64,000 nt of DNA from Chrysemys picta bellii (Eukaryota). This document shows, one piece after another, positions 20,396 through 52,300 of this stretch. The stretch spans positions 17,918,001 through 17,982,000 of the forward strand of contig NC_088803.1 in assembly GCF_011386835.1 (NCBI RefSeq), in the 5' to 3' direction. A program made the translations under genes and the position numbers. How positions within the stretch are numbered: the stretch's first letter is position 1; each line of letters starts with the position of its first letter. Under the pieces are notes generated by a model. It was not told the origin of the DNA and ran no database searches. It worked only from the letters and a program-made list of their open reading frames with translations.

Positions 20396-23300
20396 TCAAA
20401 GGGGGATATCAGAGGCGGGGTTCTTGTCCCATGTGGGACTCAGAGGGGTCCCCCATTCGGTGGGGGGCAGGGTCCCCATCCTGTGTGGAGGTGCCAGGGG
20501 CTGCCTGGTTCCATGGGGGGGCATCAGGCAAGCCGGGTCCCCCCGCAGGGCGGGCGGCAGCAGTAGGACGCAGGCCCGCAGGTCAGCACAGGCCTGGGGC
20601 AGGGTGCCCAGCATCAGCCAGCGCCCCTGCGCTGGCTGGTAGGCGTGCACCAGGTGGGTGTCCCGGTAGGTCTCCTGGCTGTAACCGCCCAGCACATATA
20701 GCTCCCCCTGCAGGACGGCCGAGGCACCCCCCACGTGGGCCTGGGGCAGCGGGCTCAGACGGACCCAGGCATCCGGGCCGGGGCTGTAGACCTCGCAGGC
20801 AAGCTGGTCGGTGTAGCCCCCGTCGTGCCAGCGCAGGCCCCCGGCCACATAGAGTCGCTCCCCCAGTGCCTCCATGATGTGGCCAGCCCGTTCCTCCAGC
20901 ATGGGGGCCAGCTGGGCCGAGGGGCCCCCCGGGCACAGCCGCAGCAGCCAGGTCCGGCACTCGCTTGAGCCGTCGCAGCCCCCTGAAACGTAGATGGCGC
21001 CGTCCAAGGTGCAGGCAGCATGGCCGCAGAGCGGGGCAGGCAGGGGGGAGCACGGCCTGGGGGGACATGGGGGGGGCAGAGAAAAGAAAGGAAAAGAGAA
21101 AAATCAGCCAATGAAATAGAGGAAAAAGCAGAAACAAACAGCCAACCGTGCCCCCCCATAGCACCCCTACCACCGGCCATGACAGCCCCCCATGGCATGC
21201 CCACAGCCCCTCCATAGCACCCTCTTGGCCCCTACCAGGCCTGGTGCCAATGGGACCCCAGATATCCAGGTTGTGGGTACTTTGGCTCAGCCATGCGGGG
21301 GTGGGGGCCCTGGAGGGAAAAGGGTACCCAGGCGTCCAAGGGCAGGAGCAGGCACTACCCCCCCCTCACCTCCAGGCGTCGGCAGGAGGGTCGTAGCACT
21401 GCACCCCATCCGTGCAGTAGGCGTCCTCAGAGCTACCCCCCAGGGCGTAAATCCGCCCGGCCACCCCCACGGCCGGGAAGGAGCTGCGGGCGCTGGGCAT
21501 GTCGGCCAGGCGCTGCCAGGAGTCCTGTGCGGGGTCGTACCTGCAATGGGGTGAGGTGGGCACTCCCCATATGAACCCCATTGCCTGTCCCAGGTCCCAT
21601 TCTCTGCCTCCCTGGGCCGGACAGTCCCCCGCCCATCCCAGGTCCAATTCCCTGTCCCCTGGGCCGGCCAGCCCCCCACCCACCCCAGATCCCTTCCCTG
21701 CCCCACCCCCACCCCAGCCAGACCCAGGTCCCATTCTCCCCACCCCAGCCACCCAGCCAGCCTCCACCCCCACCTCGGGTCCCATTCCCTGCCCCCCTGG
21801 TCCCATCTCCTCACCCGCCACAGATCCCTTCCCCTGACTCCAACCAGTCAGACCCCCACCCTGGGGCATGATGGGAGCTGGCGCTCCCTGGACGGGAAAG
21901 ACCCTGTGCCCCATTCCCCGCCCCCCTGGGCCAGCCTCCCCATAAGGGCTGGATGGGAGCTGGTGCCCCCTGGATGGGAAAGGCCATGTGCCCCATTCCT
22001 CGCCCCCTGGGCCAGCCTCCCTGCTCAGAGCCCCCTAGAGGACAGTACCTGCCCCACTCACCGGAAGGCCGTGGCCAGCGTGTCCCGCACCCCGTAGTAG
22101 TGCTTCCCGCCCAGCACATAGAGCATGTTGCCCAGCACCGCGGCAGCGTGGCGGAACCGTGGCCCGTCCGGGAACTGGCCTAGCCGCCTCCACTCCACCT
22201 GCTTGACCAGCCCCACACCGCTGCGGAACCGGTGGGCAAACCACAGCTCCCGGGTGGGGCGGCGGGTAGCTAGGCTGGGCGCCAGCCCCTCGCCCCCACA
22301 GATCACCAGGGCCGCGGCCGGGGTGCGCACGCGGCAGGGCCCCTCATCCGCCACCGCCGCCACCAGCAGCTGGTAGAGCCGGCCCGGCGGTGCCAGCAGG
22401 TCCGCGGCTCGCACCCGGCGCAGCTCCCATGTGCCCATCAAGGAGAAGCGGACTCGGGCCAGGATGGCCTCGGCATGGGGCAGGCGGCAGGTGCGGTCGG
22501 CGTCCAGCCAGCGCAGGGCAGCTTCGAAGGCCTCCACCTCACTGGCCACATAGAGCTCGTCTGAGCCCAGCAGGGCCAGCAGCTCGGCCAGCGGCAGGGC
22601 CGGGAAGCCAGGGCACCGGGCCACCCCGTCGAAGTTGGCCAGGGCATAGGCCTGGGCGGCAGTGCCCAATGAGCGCAGGTCATAGGCACGGGCGAAGGCC
22701 AGCAGGTCCAGGCTGCGGGCCGGGCTCAACGCCCGTTGCAGGGCCTCCAGGCAGAGCGCCAGCAGCCCCGAGGCCTGGTACTGCAGGGCGGTCTCAGCCG
22801 CGCCCAGGAGTTCAGCCCAGCTACCTGCCACTGTCCCCGAGTAGGCGAAGGGCAGCAGCAGGCGCAGGTCGGTCGGGGCCATGAGCGTGGGCAGGGGGTC
22901 GGCCCCCTGGCGGGCCTCCCGCATCCCGCTGCAGAACATGGCCCGGAAGTACTCGCAGCCGCAGCTCAGCGCGACCCGGTGAGCTGTGGGGGAGAGGGGG
23001 GAGGTCAGGCATGGAGACCCCAAAGGCACCCCCGGGCCGCCCAGCCCTGCCCCCAGTGCCAGCCACTCCAGCCCTGGGCTCCTCCCTGCCCACTCACTCA
23101 CAATCTGCAGCCCCTTGCTCGCCCAGCCCTGGGCTCCCCTGCAGCGCAGCCAGTGCCTCTCACTTCTGACCTGCAGCCACCTGCACCCCAGCCCTGCTCT
23201 CAGTGCTCGCTATCCCAGCCCTGGGCTCCCCACAACCTCTCCCAGTGGCCCTCACTCCCGATCTGCACCCCCTGCTAGCCCAGCCCTGCCGATGCCCCTC

Positions 23301-23919
23301 ACTCCCAACCCGCAGTCCCCTGCTGGCCCAGCCCTGCTCCCTCCCCACCTCTGCCGGTGCCCCATTCACCTCGGAAGGTCTCTCCTTCAGTGGTCAGCGC
23401 CAGGTCACAGCCCACCCCGGCTCGGAACAGCTCCTCCATGCCCTGCAGCGTCTCCCACTGCTCCTCATCTGGGCTCCTGCCCTCTGGCCCCTCCAGCCCG
23501 TCCCCCATCCTCCGGCAGATCTCCACCACCCGTGGCGCACCCAGGGCCTGAGCTGCAGCCACCAGCTCCCCGGCCGTGCCCGGCATGGCAGTGAAGGCCC
23601 CGGTATAGGCGAAATCCAGAACAGCCTCCCAGCCGCGCGGCGTGGCCAGTGGGCTCACGTCCACTTCCCCGGCGGCCCCGCACACCAGCCGCTGGCAGAA
23701 GAAGGCACTGACGGCAGCCAGCACCACACCGTGGGCCTGGTACCACTGGGTGCCGGCCATCACCGTCATGTCCACCAGCTGGCCCTGCCCGCGCAGCTCC
23801 AATGCCGCCTCGAAGAACTGCCGGGCGTGGCACTCACTCCGCAGCTTCCAGCGTGGCTCGGGTGTGTTGCCCTCCTCGCCTGGCCCCTCAGCCGGCTCCG
23901 GCCCCTCGCCTGGCCACAT
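20396..23919 (-). CDS. KLHL33: Kelch-like protein 33 (two BTB domains, BACK domain, Kelch repeats), ~767 aa
   Basis: Exons 23919-23370, 22983-22062, 21540-21370, 21056-20396 join in frame (2304 nt). BTB motifs LVDMTV..AHGVVLAAVS and CDLAL..AHRVALSCGCEYFRAMF; Kelch GG motifs (LYVLGG, IYALGG, IYVSGG, LYVAGG). Position next to TEP1 matches human synteny. Confidence 0.9.
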
Positions 23920-24151
23920 CGCGCCGGGAGCGCCTGCCAGGAAAGGACGTGAAAGGCCCTGGCCCCTGAGCCAGTCAGCCCCCGTGCCTGGGGCCAGATG
24001 GGAGTTGGTGCCCCTTAGAGGGGCAGGCCCCATGCCCCATTCCCCACCCCGCTGAGCCAGCCAGTCCCTACCCTGGGGCCGGATGGGAGCCAGCGCCCCC
24101 TAGAGGGGACAGGCCCGGTGTTCCATTCTCTTTATGCCATTCAACAGCTAC

Positions 24152-25445
24152 TCAAGTGTGTGTGTGTGTGAGATTGTGTGTAACGGGGAGGAGGGGGGTG
24201 TTTTTGTGGCGTGTGTGCATAATTGCAGTGTGGTGTTTGTGTAACAGTTGGGGGGTTGTGAGCTGTGGATACTGGGGGCGTATTTGAGGGATTTTATGAC
24301 GTGTGTCTTGTGCGCTATGTTGGGGGGCATCTCTGTGCTCCGCTGGTGCTGTGTGCTGGGCAGGAGTATCTGTGGTGTCTCTGTGTGTAGTTGTGAAGTG
24401 TGGGGGGTGTGATGTATGGCTGTGTGGTGTCATTAACCTTCTAGTGTGTGCAGTTGTGCAGTGTGTGTTGGTGTGTGTGGGTATGGTGTTTGCATGTTCC
24501 TGTGTTCACTTTGTGTGTGTGTGTTTGCTGTGGGTAGTTGTTGTGGAAAGTGAGAGGGGTGGTTGTGGTGTGTGTGTGTACTTCCTCTCTGTGTTGAGTG
24601 TGTGTTTAGTTGCTGGGGGAGAGTTGCAGGGTGAGTGTGTGTAGTTGCTGTGGGGGGGTTGCAGTGTGTGTGTGTAGTTGCTGCCTGTGTTGTGTGTGTA
24701 GTTGCTGGGGGGGGCGTGTAGTTGTTGGGATGAGGGTTGCGGTGTGTGTGTGTGTGGTTCTTGTCTGTGTTTTTATGTGTGTGTGTGTAGTTGCTGTGGG
24801 GGGGATTGTGGTGTGTGGGTGTGTGTAGTTGCTGTAGGGGGTGTTTGTGGTGGGTGTATAGTTGTTATCTGTGTTGTGTGCTTGTGTGTAGTTCCTGTTG
24901 GGGGTTGTGGTGTGTGTGTGTGTGTGTGTGTGTAGTTCCTGTCTGTGTTGTGTGTGTAGTTGCTGGGGTGTTGTGGTGTGTATGTGTGTGGTTGTTATGG
25001 GGGGGGGGTTGCAGTGTGTGTATGAAGTTCCTGTCTGTGTTGTGTGTGTAGTTGCTGAGGGGGGGTTATGGTGTGTGTGTGTGTAGTTGCTGAGGGGGGA
25101 TGGGTTGCGGTGTGTGTGTTTAGTTCCTGTCTGTGTTGTGTGTGTGTGTGTAGTTCCTGTCTGGTGTGTGTGTGTGTGGTTGCTGGGGGGGGTTACAGTG
25201 TGTGTGTGTGTGTGTAGTTGCTGGGGGGGGTTGTTGTATGTGTGTGCAGTTGCTGTGGGGTGGTTGTGGTGTGTGTGCGTGTAGTTGCTGGCTGTGTTGT
25301 GTGTGTAGTTGCTGGGGGGGTTGTGGTGTGTGTGTGTGTGTAGTTGCTGGGGGGTTGTGGTGTGTGTGTGTAGTTCCTGTCTGTGGTGTGTGTCTGTGTG
25401 TAGTTAGCTATATCTGTGTGTCTGCATTTGCTGTGGGGTGTGTAG
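24152..25445. repeat. GT-rich degenerate micro/minisatellite
   Basis: Recurrent GTGTGTGTAGTTGCTGGGGGG and TTGTGGTGTGTG units over ~1.3 kb. Confidence 0.85.
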
Positions 25446-25638
25446 GCTTGACGCACACCCTCACCCTGTCCTTCTCCCCCTTCCAGTCCCAGAGTTCCTG
25501 CCCCGCAGCCTCCCCCCCCCCCGCGCCAGCCCTGTCCCCTACCTGCTGGGGCCCGCTGTGGGGTGGGCTGTGGGACGACCCTTCCCGAGGCCTGGAGACG
25601 GGGTAGCCGCAGGGGAGCATTGGCCCCAATCCCAGGGG

Positions 25639-25648
25639 TTAATTATAG
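25639..25648. promoter_or_regulatory. MEF2 consensus site near the putative KLHL33 5' end
   Basis: TTAATTATAG fits YTA(A/T)4TAR. A candidate minus-strand donor AGG|GTGAGG at 25465 suggests an upstream KLHL33 exon. Confidence 0.35.
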
Positions 25649-25934
25649 CCGAGTCTGGGCAGGCCGGGCTCCCTGCCAGCCCTCCGCGTGTCCTGGGCCC
25701 CATACTGCCCTCCCCTTGGACTGCAGCCCTGCGGCCAGGAGCTTCTGGCCAGGAGCCCTAAGCCTGGAGGCCCCTGGCTGTGGGGAGTGGGTGGGATTCC
25801 TGGGGGCAGGGAGGGATGTCCTAGCCTTTTTATTGCACCCCTCCCCTGGTGGGGATTCACCAGTGGGGAAGGACAGAAGTTCGCAGGCGCTGGTGTCTAG
25901 GAGTCCAAAGCACAGGGGCTTCAGGGGGTAGATG

Positions 25935-26160
25935 GGGAGTGGGGTCTAGTGGTTAGAGCAGGGGGCCTGGGAGCCAGGACTCCTGGGTTTTGTCTCTGGG
26001 AGGGGAGTGTGGCCTAGTGGTTAAAGCGAGGGGCTGGGAGCCAGATTCTTAGGTTCTGTCTCTGGAGGGGAATGGGGCCTAGTGATTAGAGCCGTGGACT
26101 AGGAGCCAGGATTCCTGGGTTTTGTCTCTGGGAGGGGAGTGGGGTCTAGTGGTTAGACCC
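25935..26160 (+). repeat. Tandem array of tRNA-like SINE heads
   Basis: Three complete ~65-bp units plus a partial fourth, GGAGTGGGGTCTAGTGGTTAGAGC..GGGAGCCAGGACTCCTGGGTT. Confidence 0.75.
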
Positions 26161-27318
26161 CCATTGGAGCATGATCCCCCCCACCCCCATGGGGGCTGGG
26201 CAGCGCCAGGGGATAAAGGCGCTTTTCCCAGCTGGGGGCGGAAAAGTTTGTTCAAAATTAGTTTTTCCATCAGAGTGTAAAGAGCCGGAATAGAACAAAG
26301 GGGGGTGGGGAGGGGAGGAGTGGTGGGGGAGGGGGAGTTCAGAATGATAGACAGGTTGGAGTGGATGGAGGAGTGGACGTGGAAGGACAGTTGTGTGGGG
26401 GGTGCGAGGTGAAATGGAGTGGGAGAGGGGGTACTGGATGGCTGGATGGGGTGTATGGGATGGGGAGATGGGATGTTTGGGTGGGGGGTGGAGGATGGGA
26501 TGGCTGGGTGGGGGATGGGGTGTATGGGGTGGAGGGTACAGGATGGGTGGGGGATGAGCTGGCTGGGTGGGGTGATGGGATTTGTGGGTAGGGTGCTCCT
26601 AAATTCTTGCCCCACCTGCTGTCTCTGCTGGGGTTCCCCACCCTCCTGCGATTCCCTGGGGCTAGTTTCCAGCTGAGCCCCTAGAGGCATTTTGGGGAGG
26701 GGGTAAGAATATTTGCAGGAGGACACAAACCTACCTCATTGTCAAAGGTGCCTGTGGGGCTTGCGCCAGGGGTCTCTACAGGCCTGGCACTCTGCTTGGC
26801 CTGCCCGCAGAGCAGCGTGTACCGAGGAGAATCCCCCTCGGCAGTATGGGGCAAGGACAAACACCCCCCCCCAAGCAGGGTCCGTCCCCTCCATCAGGGG
26901 GCGCACGGACACACAAGCCCTGCTCGGGGTGAATTTGTGCTGCCCCACACACCACCCCCTACCCATCCCCCCATGGCTCCTATCCCCCACACAGCTCCCT
27001 CCCGTTGGCGATTCCCCTGGGCCTCCAGCCCAGCCCTAACTTCCCCCCACCATGCACCGGGGGGTGTGTGTGTGTGTGTCCTCTGGCCCCTCTGCCCTGT
27101 CCCGTGCCCCTGCCCCAAGCAGAGCTGGGCGGAGTGGGCCCCAGTGGAAAGAACGCGGGACTGATAAGCAGAGCAAACAGGGGGGCCGGGGCTGATGGAA
27201 AGTCTCCGTGTTTGGAGAGGGTGTGTGTGGGGGGATTAGGGGCAGGGCGGTGGGGCCGGCCGGGGGCTGCCTGGGCCGGTTCTGGAGGGCCCGGCCTGGC
27301 CTCTCAGCCTGGGCCCTT

Positions 27319-27385
27319 TATAAGGCACGGATGGGCTGGGGAGAGGGGCACAGGATTGAACTCAGGGCCAGCGGAAAGGTAGCAG
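27319..27385 (+). promoter_or_regulatory. Putative TATA box and short non-coding first exon of the SLC12 gene
   Basis: TATAAG at 27319-27324; candidate donors AAG|GTAGCA (27378) or CAG|GTACTG (27385); GATA site CTGATAAG at ~27161. Confidence 0.45.
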
Positions 27386-27826
27386 GTACTGGGGGACGGG
27401 AGGGCGGGATTTTCTGTCCATCTGCATCTTCTGCCACCCTGAGGAAAGGGAACCCAGGAGTTCTGGCTCCCAGCTCCCCAGGCCTGGGAGGGGAGTGGGG
27501 TCTAGTGGTTAGAACGAGGTGGTGATGTGGGACTGGGAGGCAAGACTCCTGGGTTCTCTCCTAGCTCTGGGAGGGGAGTGGGGTCTAGTGCTTAGAGCAG
27601 GGGGAGGGGCTGGGAGCCAGGACTCCTGGGTTCTATCCCCAGTTTCACAATCTCTAAAATGGAAAGAACAACTCAGAGAGAGAATGTGTGTGTGTGTGTG
27701 TGTGTCCCTGCTGCCTCCTGCTGGCAGGGACAGGCCCTGCTCAGTGAGTGGGGTGGGGTGAGTTTAACCCTTTCCTGCCCAGAGTACTGGATTCCCCCCT
27801 CACCCCCAGGTGGACCTGGCACCCCC

Positions 27827-42131
<14,305 letters not shown>

Positions 42132-42377
42132 GGGGCACTGCGGGCTTAGCCTGAGGGAGTAGCCTGGAAACCTGGGTTCTTTCCCCAGCGGTGGACGGAT
42201 CATGGCCCCCAGCTGGGCAGGGGGCTGATGCTGGTGCTACCGTCTCCGCACGCTCAACTGTCCCCTGCGATGTTGCCACGGGGACTCGGATGCCTGGGTC
42301 CCATGCGCAGCCTGGGCCGGGGCCTGTTGTGCTCTGCCCCTGTCAGGGGGTGTCCCCCACCACACTGCACTGTAAAT

Positions 42378-42383
42378 ATTAAA
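42378..42383 (+). terminator. Candidate polyA signal (ATTAAA) of the SLC12 gene
   Basis: ATTAAA ~250 nt after the stop codon, in an AT-rich patch. Confidence 0.5.
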
Positions 42384-42429
42384 TATTATTATTTACACAG
42401 CGCCTGACACCTCGTCAATTGACGCCCCC

Positions 42430-42680
42430 CCAGCCATGCAGGTGCCCCTCACTCCCGACCCACAGCCCCGTGCTAACCCAGCCCTGCCCCTCCCCCAGCC
42501 CTACCGGTGCCCCTCACTCCTGACCCGCAGCCCCTGCTAGCCCAGCCCTGGGCTGCCCCCCAGCTCTGCTGGTGCCCAAGTCCCAACTTTCAGCCCCTGC
42601 CACCCCAGCCTTGGGGTCCCCCCCCCAGCTCTGCTGGTACCCCTCACTCCTGACCTGCAGCCCATGGTAGCCAGGAAGGC
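42430..42680. repeat. Dispersed GC-rich repeat family (CCCTCACTCCTGACCCGCAGCCCCTGCTAGCCCAGCCCTG)
   Basis: Tandem copies here and at ~11135-11290, 13595-13635, 23040-23340 and 44045-44320. Confidence 0.7.
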
Positions 42681-42810
42681 AGGCTGAGTACCCCAACTTA
42701 TTGCCCCAGTGGCAGGGTTCAGGTGAGGGGCTGGGGCCAGGCCCGGAGGCCACTCCCTGCCTAGCCCCCCGGGCTCAGGAAAGGAATCCCAGTTACAAAA
42801 GCTAAATGTC

Positions 42811-42816
42811 TTTATT
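42811..42816 (-). terminator. PolyA signal of OSGEP
   Basis: AATAAA on the minus strand ~115 nt after the stop codon. Confidence 0.75.
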
Positions 42817-42931
42817 GTGTGTTAGGGCTGAGTTCCAGCCAGCGGGGCCCTCGAGCCGCGGCAACCCTGCTTGGCGCAGGCCGGGGGCAGCAGCCACTTT
42901 GGGGCCCGTCCTTCGCGTGGGAGGGAAGGGG

Positions 42932-48496
<5,565 letters not shown>

Positions 48497-49240
48497 GTCC
48501 GGCGCGGCAGGGGCAGCCCGGGGGCCTCCCGCACTCGCGTCACAGCGGAGCCCCGCCCGTCTCGCAACACGTGAGACCGGAGTGCCATTACCACGCCCAC
48601 TCCTGCCCCGCGTGACATCGGAGTTCCTAGCCCTCCGTCCTCACGTGACACAGCAGTCCCGCCCATTCCCGTCCCCTCTCAGTCCGCCGCAGTCCCAGGC
48701 CCCAGACACGTGATAGCGTGGCGCTCTAGCCCCGCCCTTCCCCGGCACGTGATCCTGCCGCACGTGTCTCGGTCGGACCGTGCAGCGCTTTGTTCCCGGA
48801 CGGGTAGTGGGGCGCACGGGGATCGGAGCGGGGCCTGATTGGCCGGGAGCCGCGCGGTGAGAGACGGGCGGGGGCTTATTGCGTGCGAGGGCTGAGATTA
48901 GCCAGGGAGGTCGGTTTTTATTGTTCCGCGACTGGCCAGATAGGTGGGTGTTTATTGTTCAAGGAGCTCTGTGATTGGCCAGAGAGCGGGTGGGAATCAT
49001 GCTACGAGGGATGTGATCGCCAGGTAGGTCGGTGTTTGTTGGCCATGGGCGTGGGTGTTTATTGTGCAAGCAGGGCTGCGATTGGCTAGGGATCGGGGAG
49101 ACTAACGCAAGAAGGTTTGTGATTGGCTGGGGAGCGGGAATGGGCATTTGGCCTGTCCTCCCTAGTTCTCTGGACTGCTGGGTCTGTGGCCTGTGCCCCT
49201 GATGCTGATTGCCTTGTGCCTGCCCACTTTCCCCACAGTC
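48497..49240. promoter_or_regulatory. OSGEP/APEX1 bidirectional CpG-island promoter
   Basis: Divergent genes. CACGTG at 48568, 48642, 48707, 48746 and 48761; GC boxes; ATTGG (CCAAT) boxes at ~48838, 48974, 49081 and 49122. Confidence 0.85.
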
Positions 49241-49313
49241 TGCCCCCACGATCCTGTGGCTCGTGGCTCAGCGGTGTCGGCTCCTCAGCGCAGGGCCCAC
49301 CTGGTGGCGAGAG

Positions 49314-52300
49314 ATGCCCAAACGGGGGAAGAAGGCAGAGGATGTGGACAGCGCGGACGAGCTCGAGGCCACAGGTAACCGCAGCCCCGTAGCACGGCAA
49401 CCCCTCCCTGCTCCCTCTCATGTGCTCCCCACTGCACTCCCCGTGGCATGGTGCCCCCTTCTAAGCCCCGCCCCAGTCCCTGCGGCATGGCGCTCCCCCA
49501 TCATTTCTTGTGTATCATGCTAGGAGGGCTGGATGGTCCTTTGGTTTGACCCAGTAGGGCCATTCTTATGTTTTTGGCACCCCCCTGGCTGCTCAGTGCC
49601 ATGTCCCAGCTTTCCTTCTCTCTCCCTCTCCCCAGAGCCTGAGGTAAAGAAGAGCAAGAAGGGGGCAGCCAAGGGCCTCAAGGAGAAGGTGGCAGAGGGC
49701 CCCATCCTGTACCAGGATCCGCCCAACAAGCTCACCTCCCCCAGTGGGCAGAAGTACACCCTGAAGGTCACGTCGTGGAACGTGGACGGGCTCCGGGCCT
49801 GGGTCAAGAAGAAGGGGCTGGAGGTAGGAGTGGCTCTCCCAGGCACTGGGCTCTGCCAGTCCTCGCTGGGCTAGGCAGCTCCTCCCCAGTTTGGACCACC
49901 CGGGTTGGGGCCCTGGTCTACAGCGGGTAGTACCAGGGTGCCAGGGGCTAAGGCCACCCCTGCCCCTGCAGAGCCTGCCCTGTGGCCTAGTGACTACAGC
50001 TAGAGAGCTTACAGCAGCGGGGGCTGGGAGCCAGGACTTACGGGTTCTCTCTCTGGCTCTGCCATTGACCTGCTAGGTGACTTTGGGCCAGTTCCTTCCC
50101 TGCCTTATGCCTCAGTTTCCTCACCTTTGCAGTGGGGATAAGGATCCTGATCTCCTTTGAGCTCTGCTGAGAAATGCTCTAGCCGAGTTAGGGATTGGGA
50201 TTTTTTCTCTGCAGAAAAAATCTTCCAGGTTTTGGGGGTGGGAATTTCATGGGTCAGATTTTCCACCTGGAGTTTGGATTCCCACATTCTCAATTTGGAG
50301 ATTTTTTGGAAATCCAGAAATTTGGGATTTTTAGATTTATTCCATTTTCCTCTCCTGCTTTGTGCCTCCAAATTGAGTACAGTGAACAACGGCTGGGCTG
50401 TGGGAACATTGGCGTGTGTTGGAAAAGTCACCTAGTGTCAGAGACACAGAGCTTCTTAGTGGCCCCTCCCGTTCTGCTGCCCCGGACTCCTAGTCCCTTC
50501 GGCACTCACTAACTCTTCTCCAAAAGTAGAGACGTTTGGAGACGTCCTAGAATAGGAGAAAAACAAGCAATTTGAATCCTAGGCATCCTGTCTCTGTTAC
50601 ATTTCCATCAGTAAATGGGGATTGGGGCCGGGAGGGGGTGGTGTCCTAAATCTCCAAATACGTTTGCTTTTCCTAACCCAGAATGAAATTTTAACTCAAA
50701 ATTGACATTTGTCATCCCCCAAATCCCGCTGGACAGGGGAAAATGTTGCAGCTGTAAAAAACTGAAGCAGTTAACATGGGTTCATGAATGGCTGATTCTC
50801 TCGAGCTTGGTCCACAGACGGATTTGTACCTGGCTTGGTTCCAGTGGGATCGTTCAAATGGGTCTGAAGTCTGGAAAAGGTTTGGGGGTGAGGGCGGATA
50901 AGTAGCTGGATATTGCTGGGGCCTGCAGGAGTCATACGACTCCGGGATGTAGAAACAGGCTAATCTGGAGTAGGTGCAGAGAGGTTATTTTACTTCTGGG
51001 ATCTGAAGCTTGACAAATGCAGCCTGGAAATAAGGGGTACATTTTTAATAATGAAGGTGACTATTTGGAACAGTGTGCCAAGGGTTGTGGTGGATTCTCC
51101 ATCCCTGGCAATTTTGAACAGCTCTGCGCTAGGAATTGTTGCTGGGCGGTTCACCAGCCTGTGCTATCCAAGCAGTCGGATGAAATGATTCCGCTGGCCC
51201 CTTCTGGCCTTGGATCTGTGACTGTCCGTAGCGTGGAAGCGGTTTTACTGGTCTGAAAGTGCTGTCGCTGGTCCGGCTGGTCCCCAGCAACCAGCACCGG
51301 AGATCCATGGCCAGGGGCAGGGAGGATGCGTGTGCTCCGAGGGAAGGGATAAACCGGAGGGAAGTGGGGTGGAGCTGAGGGGGCAGGATACCTGGGTTCT
51401 CTTCCTCATCATATGAGGTTCCCAGAGAAAGGGATCCGGGGGGTTCCTGAGAAGAGGGGGGGCAGTAGCAGAGTCGGAGAGCAGTGGGGCACCTGTGACA
51501 TCATGTTCTACCCAAGGAATGGACCCCAGGAATCCTGGCTCTCATGTCCCCCCCAACCATTAGCCCCACTTCTCTCCCAAGGCTGGGGAGGGAATCCAGG
51601 CTCCCAGCCCCGCTGACCCCGCTCTCCCCACACAGTGGGTGCGTGAGGAGGACCCCGACGTGCTGTGCCTGCAGGAGACCAAGTGTGCAGAGAAGCTGCT
51701 GCCCCCCGAGATGCGGGAGATGCCTGAGTACCCCCACAAGTACTGGGCCTGCGCCGGTGCCAAGGAGGGCTACAGCGGGGTGGCGCTGCTCTGCAAGACT
51801 GAGCCGCTCAGCATCACCTATGGCATCGGTAGGGACCTGCCCCGCCCCCCAGCCTCTGCCTGCTGAGCCTGTGCTCCCTGCCCACTGTGTCCCCTACCAA
51901 CCTCTGCCTGCAGACCCCTTTGCCTGCTGCCAAGCCCTGCCTGCCGATCCCTCTCTGCGCCCCCTACAGCCTCAGCCAGGCCCTCTGGCCTTTCCCCTTG
52001 TCCATACATCCCCCCACACCCATGGCCCTTTCCCTTGACCCCTGACCATGCCCCCGTGCCCAGGGCCTCTCCCCTTTGCCCTCTGACGCGCGCCCTGTGT
52101 CTCCCGGCAGGTGAGGAGGAGCACGACCAGGAGGGCCGGGTGATAACGGCTGAGTTCCCCTCGCACTTCCTGGTGACAGCCTACGTGCCCAACGCGGGCC
52201 GGGGGCTGGTGCGGCTGGAGTACCGCCAGCGCTGGGACGCCGCCTTCCGGGCCTACCTGCGGGGGCTGGATGCTCGCAAGCCCCTGGTGCTGTGCGGGGA

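Noticed and set aside
25408-25629. Upstream coding exon for KLHL33 from this ORF
   Set aside because: Its frame ends in phase 0 at the 25465 donor, whereas joining in frame to the 23933 acceptor needs phase 1.
25935-26160. tRNA genes or a CRISPR-like array in the regularly spaced repeats
   Set aside because: Only A/B-box-like heads are present, with no cloverleaf or acceptor stem and no unique spacers. Eukaryotic SINE-derived repeats explain them.
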